Under the pieces are notes generated by a model that saw only the letters and a program-made list of their open reading frames with translations, made no database searches and was not told the DNA's origin. A DNA stretch of 64,000 bases from Myxococcota bacterium. Lineage in GTDB: Bacteria; Myxococcota_A; Polyangia; Polyangiales; JANWZI01. Position numbers and translations under genes: made by a program. The DNA lies in contig JANWZI010000007.1 of NCBI GenBank assembly GCA_025054695.1, forward strand, positions 333-64,332, written 5' to 3'. The stretch's first letter is position 1. Each line of letters starts with the position of its first letter. Positions 1-7,353 of the stretch are shown here, piece by piece.

Positions 1-82
1 CGACGCGCAGGCTGACCCCGCGCACGGCGCGGATCCCGCCGTACGCGACGTGCAGGTCCTCGACCAGGAGCGCCGCGCTCAC
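1..82 (-). CDS. livF: Branched-chain amino acid ABC transporter ATP-binding protein LivF, N-terminal fragment (gene runs off the window start)
   Basis: Minus-strand GTG at 82 overlaps the livG stop (GTGA). Translation VSAALLVEDLHVAYGGIRAVRGVSLRV looks like a LivF N-terminus. Position after livG fits the livKHMGF order. Confidence 0.6.
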   Translation of the reverse strand, partial: MSAALLVEDLHVAYGGIRAVRGVSLRV

Positions 83-879
83 GAGCCGGCCCCCGATCCG
101 GCGACCGATGGCTCGCCCAGATACGCCGCGAGCACCGCCGGATGGTTGCGTACCTCGTCCGGCGTGCCCGACGCGATGGTCTCGCCGTGGTCGACGCAGT
201 GCACGTGCTCGCAAACGCCCATCACCACGTGCATGTTGTGCTCGACGAGCACCACCGTGAGCCGGAACGTGTCCCGCAGCCAGCGGATCTGCTCCTTGAG
301 CACGTCGGCTTCCTTGCTGTTGAGGCCCGCGGCCGGCTCGTCGAGCAGCACCAGGCGCGGCTCGAGCATCAGCGCGCGTGCGATCTCGACCCGTCGTTGC
401 GACCCGTACGGCAGATTGCGCGCCTGCTCGTCCGCGAGCGCGGACAGCCCCAGCACCTCGAGCAGCTCGTCGGCCTTGCGCCGCAGCGCCCGCTCGCCGT
501 CCGACCAGCGTCGGGTGCGCAGAACCGTGCCGAGAAGCCCGACTCCGCGTCGATGGTGTCCCGCCACCATCACGTTCTCCCGCACCGTCATCTCGCCGAT
601 GAGCCGGATGTTCTGGAACGTCCGCGCGATGCCCATCAGCGCGATGCGCGCCGGCGGCAGCCCCCCGATCGGACGGCCGTCGAAGAGCACTTCCCCGCCG
701 TCGGGGCGGTAGATCCCGGTGATCACATTGAACAGCGTCGTCTTGCCCGCGCCATTGGGGCCGATGAGCCCGAAAATCTGCCCGGCCTCGATCCGCAGCG
801 AAACGCCCGAAATGGCCCGCAGGCCCCCGAAGACCTTGTGTACCTCGCGCAGCTCGAGCAGCGGCCGCCCACCGCTCAC
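79..879 (-). CDS. livG: Branched-chain amino acid ABC transporter ATP-binding protein LivG
   Basis: C-terminal 266 aa of track ORF 79..1839. Walker A GPNGAGKTT, signature LPYGSQRRVEIARAL, Walker B LVLLDEPAAG. GTG start at 879 overlaps the livM stop. Confidence 0.9.
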   Translation of the reverse strand: MSGGRPLLELREVHKVFGGLRAISGVSLRIEAGQIFGLIGPNGAGKTTLFNVITGIYRPDGGEVLFDGRPIGGLPPARIALMGIARTFQNIRLIGEMTVRENVMVAGHHRRGVGLLGTVLRTRRWSDGERALRRKADELLEVLGLSALADEQARNLPYGSQRRVEIARALMLEPRLVLLDEPAAGLNSKEADVLKEQIRWLRDTFRLTVVLVEHNMHVVMGVCEHVHCVDHGETIASGTPDEVRNHPAVLAAYLGEPSVAGSGAGS

Positions 880-1892
880 GAGGCCCCTCCCGTACGCCGG
901 GCGCGCCACCACCGCCCAACCGCCGCGAGATCGAGCTCGCGCGTTCCAAGAAGGCCCTGCGGCCGCACGATCATGAGCACGACCAGCAACAGCGCATACG
1001 CGACCAGCCGGTACTCGGCCCACTGCCGGAACAGCTCCAGCGTGACGGCCACGAAGATGCCGCCGAGCACCGCGCCGGTCACGCTGCCCAGGCCCCCGAC
1101 GATGATCATCACGATCATGTCGACCGAACGGTCGAGCTTGAAGTCGTCGGGGCGCACGGCGCTCTGCAGGTGTGCGAACAGCGCGCCCGCAATCCCCGCC
1201 GCCGCGGCCGACACGACGAAGGCCATCACCTTCAGGCGCGTCGTCGGCAAACCCACGGCCTCGGCAGCGATCTCGTCCTCGCGGATCGCGCGCAGCGCGC
1301 GCCCGTAGGAGCTGCGCGTCAGGTGCGCGACGACCGTCACGACGATCACGGCCCACAGGGCGACCCAGAAAAAGCTCGTGTACGTGGTCAGGCCGAGGGG
1401 ACGGCCGCCGCTGTATCCCGTGGCGCCGCCGAACGTCTCGCTGTTGTTGAACAGCAGCCGGATGATTTCGCCGAAGCCCAGCGTGACGATCGCGAGGTAA
1501 TCGCCCCGCAACCGCAGACTCGGCACGCCGACGAGGAACCCGGCGATTGCGGCCACCGTGGCGCCGACGAGCACGCCGCTCGTCAACGCCACCGCCTGTT
1601 GGGCGAACGTCGGCAGCGCGGTCAGCGAGGGACCGAGCCACGTTTCGAGCTGCACCACCGTGTACGCGCCCCCGTACGCGCCCACGGCCATGAACCCCGC
1701 GTGACCGATCGAGAACTGGCCCGTCGTTCCGTTGATGAGGTTGAGGCCGACGGCGAGGATCGCGTTCAGGCCGCAGAAGATGACGATCCGCACCGCATAC
1801 TCGACGAGGAACGCCTCGAAGAGCCGATCGAGACCCCAACAGAGGGCGACGACGAGCAACGCGATGGCGCCGCGGCGCAACCAGCGGCTCAT
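876..1892 (-). CDS. livM: Branched-chain amino acid ABC transporter permease LivM
   Basis: Internal ATG (MSRWLRRGAIALLVV) of track ORF 876..2129. Multi-TM LivM-type permease. ATGA overlap with the livH stop. Confidence 0.9.
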   Translation of the reverse strand: MSRWLRRGAIALLVVALCWGLDRLFEAFLVEYAVRIVIFCGLNAILAVGLNLINGTTGQFSIGHAGFMAVGAYGGAYTVVQLETWLGPSLTALPTFAQQAVALTSGVLVGATVAAIAGFLVGVPSLRLRGDYLAIVTLGFGEIIRLLFNNSETFGGATGYSGGRPLGLTTYTSFFWVALWAVIVVTVVAHLTRSSYGRALRAIREDEIAAEAVGLPTTRLKVMAFVVSAAAAGIAGALFAHLQSAVRPDDFKLDRSVDMIVMIIVGGLGSVTGAVLGGIFVAVTLELFRQWAEYRLVAYALLLVVLMIVRPQGLLGTRELDLAAVGRWWRARRTGGAS

Positions 1893-2800
1893 ACCTTCTC
1901 CTGGCGCACGGTGCCGAGCAGGCCCGCGGGTCGCAGCAGCAGCACCCCGATGAGCAGCACGAACGTGATCGCGTCGCGGTAGTCGGCGGAAAGGTATCCC
2001 GCGGTCATCTGCTCGGCGACGCCGATGAGCAGCCCGCCGAGCGCGGCGCCGCGGATGTTGCCGATGCCGCCGACGACGGCCGCGACGAAGGCCTTCAATC
2101 CGACGAGCACGCCCATCTGCGGGTCGCACTTGCTCTGGTCGAGGCCGAAGAGGATCCCGCCCGCGGCGGCGAGCGCCGAGCCGATGGCGAACGTCTGCGC
2201 GATGACGCGGTCGACCGCGATCCCCATCAGCCGCGCGGCGCCCATGTTGAAGCTCAGCGCCCGCATGGCCTTGCCGGTCCAGGTCCGGTGCACGAGCAGC
2301 TCGAGGGCCACGACGAGCACGATCGCGATGGCCACGATGAGCAGCTTGACGTTGGTGACGACCACCCCGCCGACGTCGTAGACGCGCTCGACGACGATGC
2401 GCGGGAAGCTCTCCGGGTCGGCGCCGAAGACGAGCATGCCGAGGTTCTGCAACAACAACGAGACGCCGATAGCGGTGATGAGCGCCGTCAGCCGGGGAGC
2501 ACCGCGCACCGGCCGATAGGCCAGCCGCTCGATGGTCAGCCCCAACATCGCGGCCCCCGCCATCGCCGCGAGCATCACGACGAGCGCCTGGTGCGGCCCG
2601 AACGCCTCAGGACGCATCGCCTCATAGCCCAGCGCCAGCGCCGCGTAGATGCCAACGTAGGTACCGACCATGAACACCTCGCCGTGGGCGAAGTTGATGA
2701 GGCCCAGCACCCCGTAGACCATCGTGTAGCCGAGGGCGATGAGCGCGTAGATCGCCCCGACGGTCAGGCCGTTGACGAGTTGTTGGAGGAAGGTGACCAA
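1889..2800 (-). CDS. livH: Branched-chain amino acid ABC transporter permease LivH
   Basis: Full track ORF of 303 aa. MVTFLQQLVNGLTVGAIYALIALGYTMVYG is a typical LivH N-terminus, and the protein is multi-TM. Confidence 0.92.
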   Translation of the reverse strand: MVTFLQQLVNGLTVGAIYALIALGYTMVYGVLGLINFAHGEVFMVGTYVGIYAALALGYEAMRPEAFGPHQALVVMLAAMAGAAMLGLTIERLAYRPVRGAPRLTALITAIGVSLLLQNLGMLVFGADPESFPRIVVERVYDVGGVVVTNVKLLIVAIAIVLVVALELLVHRTWTGKAMRALSFNMGAARLMGIAVDRVIAQTFAIGSALAAAGGILFGLDQSKCDPQMGVLVGLKAFVAAVVGGIGNIRGAALGGLLIGVAEQMTAGYLSADYRDAITFVLLIGVLLLRPAGLLGTVRQEKV

Positions 2801-2806
2801 GCGGCG

Positions 2807-4156
2807 TCAGCTTCGCGGAGCGGCAGCCGGATCCCGCGCCTCGGGAACGCGCTCGCCGCCGCCGGAACCCGGTCGTTCGGCGGGGGCAGCGGCGCCCGTC
2901 GTGGACGCCCCCGAAGGCGGTGGAACCGTCGTCGGCGAGCTACCCGTGCCGGTCCCCGCGCCGCCGGTCGTTGCCGGCTGCGTCGGCGGATCGATCTGCG
3001 CCTCGAAGCGATCCCCCTCGGCCGTGACGCGGAGCACGACGGCCGGCTTGATGGGATTGCGCTTCTCGTCGAACGTGATGCGTCCCGTCACCCCCTCGAC
3101 GTTCGCCGTAACGAGCGCATCCCGGATGGCGACGGGCGTCAGTTCCCTCGCGCGGCGCATCGCGTCGAGGAGGACGAGCGCGGCGTCGTAGCCCAGGGCG
3201 GCGAGCCCACTGGGCGTCTCGCCGTGTCGCGCGCGGTAGCGCTCGATGAACCCGCGCGTCCGGTCGTCGACGCGATCGGGCGCGAAGTGATTGCTGTAGT
3301 AGCTCCCGACGATGTCGGGTCCGCCGATTGTCCGCAACTCCGGGCTGTCCCAGCCGTCGCCGCCGAGCAGCGGCACCGTCAGCCCGAGCCGTCGCGCCTG
3401 CCGCGCGATGTTGCCCACCTCGGTGTAGTAGCCGGGGATGAACAGCCCGTCGGGCCCCGCGGACTTGATCGCGGTCAGCTGCGCGCTGAAGTCCGTGTCG
3501 CCCGCGTTGTAGCTCTGGTCGGCGACGATCGTCCCGCCGCCCGCCGTGAAGGCCTCGGTGAACGCCCGCGCCAGGCCGATGGAATAGTCACTGCGCACGT
3601 CGCGCAGGATGGCCACGCGGGAAAGACGCAGGTTCTCGCGCGCGAAACGCGCCATCACGGTGCCCTGGAACGGGTCGATGAAGCAAACACGGAAGACGAA
3701 GTCACCGATCTCGGTGACCTGCGTGTTCGTCGAAGACGGCGAGACCATCGGCACGCGCCGCCGCTGCGCAATCCTTCCGCCGACCAGGGAAAGACTCGAC
3801 TGCACCTCGCCCAGCAGGGCCACCGCCTTCTCCACGTCGATGAGCCGGCTTACCGCGTTGCCCGCCTCATCCGCCTGACCGCGATCGTCGATGGTCACGA
3901 GTCGCACCTGCCGCCCGCGGATGCCCCCCGCGGCATTCGTCTCGTCGATGGCCAACTGCGCGCCCCGCTGCGTCTCCTGACCGAACGTGGCCGTCGATCC
4001 GGTCATCGACAGGTACGCGCCGATCACGATGTCCCCCGTCGCTCCGGCGCCCGGCGCGGTCGTCGACGCCCCTGCCGACCCCGACTCGGCGGACCGATCC
4101 TTGCACCCCGCAGCGAGCACCAATAGGAGCCCGAGGGTCGTTGCGCCCCGTCGCAT
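2807..4156 (-). CDS. livK: Leu/Ile/Val-type ABC substrate-binding lipoprotein (LivK family) with Pro/Gly/Thr-rich C-terminal tail
   Basis: Internal ATG of track ORF 2807..4330 gives lipoprotein signal MRRGATTLGLLLVLAAGC. Type I periplasmic binding protein sequence. Sits upstream of livHMGF. Confidence 0.88.
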   Translation of the reverse strand: MRRGATTLGLLLVLAAGCKDRSAESGSAGASTTAPGAGATGDIVIGAYLSMTGSTATFGQETQRGAQLAIDETNAAGGIRGRQVRLVTIDDRGQADEAGNAVSRLIDVEKAVALLGEVQSSLSLVGGRIAQRRRVPMVSPSSTNTQVTEIGDFVFRVCFIDPFQGTVMARFARENLRLSRVAILRDVRSDYSIGLARAFTEAFTAGGGTIVADQSYNAGDTDFSAQLTAIKSAGPDGLFIPGYYTEVGNIARQARRLGLTVPLLGGDGWDSPELRTIGGPDIVGSYYSNHFAPDRVDDRTRGFIERYRARHGETPSGLAALGYDAALVLLDAMRRARELTPVAIRDALVTANVEGVTGRITFDEKRNPIKPAVVLRVTAEGDRFEAQIDPPTQPATTGGAGTGTGSSPTTVPPPSGASTTGAAAPAERPGSGGGERVPEARDPAAAPRS

Positions 4157-4247
4157 GGCGATTCCTCCCCGCGACCCACACGGTCGCGCGCGCCGCCACC
4201 TAGCAGAAAGCCCCGGTGCGGACAACGCCTCGAGGCCGCGGGCGACT

Positions 4248-4778
4248 TCAGCCCGGCGTCCGGTACACTTGGACGCCGAACTCCCCGGCGCCAGCGAACA
4301 TGCGAACCTGAACGCGATAGGCGCCGGCACGCTCGGGGCAGATCGGCGCGTTCAAACCGAGCACGGGATAGGCGTCGACCGCGGTGTCCTGCTGGACCTG
4401 CACGCCGGCCGGATCGAACAAGAACAGGTCCAGATCGGTCACGCCCTGTCCGCCCACGGCCACGATGCGGAAGCAGTGACCCGCCTGCAGCACCGCCTGG
4501 AAGTCCTGACTCTCACCCGTCGAGAGTCGCCCGCGCTGCATCGGAGTGGCCGCGATCATGTTCGGGGCGAAGAGCGCAACCCGACGCAGCATCTCCGCGT
4601 CCAGCGGGTCGGAGGGGTCGAGGGGCGGCACGCCCTCGTCTGCCGTCGGCCGGACGGGACGGCCGGGCTCTGGCCTGGCGACGGGCGGGCCGGATGGCGC
4701 GGCCTCGGAACCGCAGCCGACTTGGAACAGCACGGCGAGGGCACGAACCAAGACGCGGGCCACGGATCGAGCGTACAC
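4248..4778 (-). CDS. Hypothetical lipoprotein
   Basis: C-terminal 176 codons of track ORF 4248..5123. GTG start gives the signal/lipobox YARSVARVLVRALAVLFQVGC. High GC3. Beta-rich C-terminal domain of no recognised family. Confidence 0.55.
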   Translation of the reverse strand: MYARSVARVLVRALAVLFQVGCGSEAAPSGPPVARPEPGRPVRPTADEGVPPLDPSDPLDAEMLRRVALFAPNMIAATPMQRGRLSTGESQDFQAVLQAGHCFRIVAVGGQGVTDLDLFLFDPAGVQVQQDTAVDAYPVLGLNAPICPERAGAYRVQVRMFAGAGEFGVQVYRTPG

Positions 4779-4868
4779 CAGGCGTCCGGTTCGTTCCGCA
4801 TCGCCGTCGAGCGAGGGAAACCAGAGGCTGGTGGTTGCGGACTCACGCTCGCGCGCGGTCTCGGGCCC

Positions 4869-4898
4869 CGACTCCGACTCGAACTCAGGCTCCGGCTC
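4869..4898. repeat. Short hexamer array (5 units, CGACTC/GAACTC/AGGCTC)
   Basis: Direct reading. Same unit family as the larger arrays. Lies in a divergent intergenic gap. Confidence 0.5.
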
Positions 4899-5255
4899 GT
4901 TCGCGATCTCGGGCCCCGTCTCGAGCTCGCGCCGGGGCTTGGGCCCGAACCGGGGTACGCTTCGAACCTCGAACGGCCAACCGCGCCGGGCCCTCGTCGT
5001 CCCCCCAGGCCAGACGGAACCTCTTCGTCCGCCGCGCCACCACCCGGCGCCGTTGCTCTGACGCTCGCTGTCGGCTTTCCGACGATCCGCCAACTCCAGA
5101 CGACGAGATCCATCGGCTTCCACGCGGTCGCGTCTTTGGCACGCTCACTGCTGTCGTGGCGAACCGTGAGCCTCTTCGACTCGTCTGATCCGTGCGCGCT
5201 CGTTTCTTGCCCTCTGCTCGACACGCCTCGACTCCTCTCCGCCACCGCCGAGGCG

Positions 5256-6167
5256 GTGCGCCGTCCCACGGCGGACACGTCGCGTCCGTTGCCGCCGCCC
5301 GACGCACCCCATCACACATCGCCCCGCGCGCGGACTACTCGCCGCGAGTCGTCGAGCCACTTTCCTCGTCGAGTTGCGTTCGACGTCGTCGGGCCCTCAC
5401 CCGCGCCGCTGCGCGCCCGCGCGTATGGAGTCGCTCCGAGCCCATGCCCCCGCAGTACGAATCCGGCCGCGTCGGCATCCCGTCGCGACGACCTGCTCCG
5501 CCGGGGATTGCCGCTGGTGCGACGGATCGCGTTCCGGCTCGCGCGGAGACTGCCCCCGTGCGTCGACGTCGGAGACCTCGTCGGAGCCGGCTGCGAGGGA
5601 CTGCTGCGCGCCATCGCGAGCTACGATGCGGCGCGCGACGCCGCCTTCGAGGCCTACGCGGAGATGCGCATCCGGGGGGCGATGTTCGACGAGTTGCGGC
5701 GGTTCGACCCGGTCACCCGTCACGGTCGGCGACGGATGGCGCAGATCGGGCGCACGATCCGCGCGCTCGAGTCCCATCTCGGGCGGCCGCCGGACGACGA
5801 TGCCGTCGCGGAGGCTCTCGGCATCGACATCGAACGGTATCACCGGGTCTGCGACGACCTTTCACGCGCCCCCGCCCTTGCGTGCTCCGGGGAGGTCGAT
5901 CCGGACAGCATCGCGGACCCCGCACACGAGGACCTGGAGCCGTTCGACCGTGCGTACCTTCGGAGCAAGCTCACCGCCGTGATCGCGACGCTGCCCGAAC
6001 GCCAACGACGTATTCTCGTCCTCTACTACGCCGAGCAGCGCACGCAGGCCGAAATCGGACGGCTCCTCGGGATCACGGAGAGCCGCGTCTGCCAGGTCCT
6101 CGCTGAGAGCGTCGCGCAACTGCGCATCTTGCTCGCGGGATCCGACGAGGTTCCGGCAGCGGCCTGA
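5256..6167 (+). CDS. FliA/WhiG-family RNA polymerase sigma factor (start uncertain)
   Basis: C-terminal part of track ORF 3987..6167. Sigma regions 2-4: LPLVRRIAFRL, DLVGAGCEGLLRAIASYD, FEAYAEMRIRGAMFDELRRFDPVTR, HTH QAEIGRLLGITESRVCQV. In-frame start candidates are only GTG 5256, TTG 5289 and TTG 5508. The conserved core begins near 5490. Confidence 0.8.
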   Translation: MRRPTADTSRPLPPPDAPHHTSPRARTTRRESSSHFPRRVAFDVVGPSPAPLRARAYGVAPSPCPRSTNPAASASRRDDLLRRGLPLVRRIAFRLARRLPPCVDVGDLVGAGCEGLLRAIASYDAARDAAFEAYAEMRIRGAMFDELRRFDPVTRHGRRRMAQIGRTIRALESHLGRPPDDDAVAEALGIDIERYHRVCDDLSRAPALACSGEVDPDSIADPAHEDLEPFDRAYLRSKLTAVIATLPERQRRILVLYYAEQRTQAEIGRLLGITESRVCQVLAESVAQLRILLAGSDEVPAAA

Positions 6168-6193
6168 TCGGGACCACCGCATCAGCCGCACGC

Positions 6194-6279
6194 GGCCTCG
6201 GATTCGGGCTCGGACTCCGGCTCGTGCTCGGATTCGGAACTCCCCTCGGTCAGCTCAACCCATGTGACCGCCGCTGTCA
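6194..6279 (+). repeat. Hexamer array (9 units GGNCTC) plus conserved right module ending in CCGCCGCTGTCA
   Basis: Array at 6194-6247, then GGTCAGCTCAACCCATGTGACCGCCGCTGTCA. The terminal 12 nt are the reverse complement of TGACAGCGGCGG. Confidence 0.8.
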
Positions 6280-6376
6280 GCCCACAGTGGCGTCCGTCCC
6301 CGCGTGGTACCGTCGTCGGCGGACACAGATGGACGGTCGCGGAAGGGATTGACAGCCCCGCGGGGGCCGCCCGACG

Positions 6377-6775
6377 ATGCGCGCGATGGCCGGACGCCCC
6401 CGCATCGTCGTGGCCGACGACGACCTCGAGATTCTCGCGCTCCTCAAGCGACATCTGGTGCGCATGGACGCCGAAGTCGTCGAGGCGAGCGACGGGGAGG
6501 AGGCCTTGCGTGCCGTGCGGCGGCACCGCCCGGATCTCGTGATCCTCGACGTGATGATGCCGGGCATGAGCGGGTGGGAGGTCTGTCGCGCGATCCGCGA
6601 CGACGAGTCGCTCGCGCGCACCGGCGTTATCATGCTCACCGGCATCGGCGAGCGACTCAACGAGATGACCTCGCCGCTGTACGGCGCGGACGAACACCTC
6701 GACAAGCCCTTCGATTTCGGGGAGCTCGATCAGAAGATCCGCAACGTGCTGCGCGCACGGCGCGAGGAGGGCTGA
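6377..6775 (+). CDS. Single-domain response regulator (CheY-like receiver)
   Basis: Acid pocket VVADDD, phospho-acceptor Asp in LVILDVMMPG, conserved IMLTG and LDKPF. No output domain. Confidence 0.9.
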   Translation: MRAMAGRPRIVVADDDLEILALLKRHLVRMDAEVVEASDGEEALRAVRRHRPDLVILDVMMPGMSGWEVCRAIRDDESLARTGVIMLTGIGERLNEMTSPLYGADEHLDKPFDFGELDQKIRNVLRARREEG

Positions 6776-6824
6776 CGCGATTGCGCCTTGACGCAGCCGC
6801 GTCGATCGATCGGGGCGATGCGCG

Positions 6825-7226
6825 ATGCACGAACGATTCTCGTGGGGCCGTGCGTGCGTCGAGATCGAGGCGAGGCCAGGCTACCTCCACGTCGTCGAGA
6901 GCGGGCGCCTCGAATCGCTCGACGAGCTTCGCGCGTATCTGCGGACGCTCGAGGACTGCATCGCCCGCACCGGTCTGCGCCGTGCCATCATCGACGCGCG
7001 CGGCGAGGAACCGGGCGCCAGCCGTCCGGATCTCGTGCGCGAGATGTGGCGCTGGCTGGGCTCGCCGGCCGCGTTCCAAAAAGTCGCGTACGTGCTTCCC
7101 GATCCGCTCGCCGTCGCTCGGGTCAACATGACGGCTCTCGCGAAGCGTCGTCCGGTCCGCGCCTTCGACAACGTGCCGGAGGCCGCCGCCTGGCTTCTGC
7201 GCACCACGCTCCTTCCCACCGCCTGA
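6825..7226 (+). CDS. Hypothetical protein, possibly SpoIIAA/STAS-like
   Basis: 133-aa high-GC3 ORF. Only weak resemblance to small STAS-like proteins. Its TGA stop abuts a hexamer array. Confidence 0.55.
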   Translation: MHERFSWGRACVEIEARPGYLHVVESGRLESLDELRAYLRTLEDCIARTGLRRAIIDARGEEPGASRPDLVREMWRWLGSPAAFQKVAYVLPDPLAVARVNMTALAKRRPVRAFDNVPEAAAWLLRTTLLPTA

Positions 7227-7313
7227 TACGCGGTCGGGCCGGGACTCGGGCTCGGCCCCAGACTCGCGCTCAGGCTTGGTCTCGGACTCTGTCTCGGACT
7301 CGATTTCGGACTC
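7224..7313 (+). repeat. Hexamer array (12 units GGACTC family) starting at the stop codon of the upstream gene
   Basis: TGATACGCGGTCGGGCCGG followed by GGACTC GGGCTC GGCCCC AGACTC ... at 7242-7313. Confidence 0.8.
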
Positions 7314-7353
7314 GCTCGTGCGTTCGAAGGCGCGTGACCCGACTCACGGGCCC

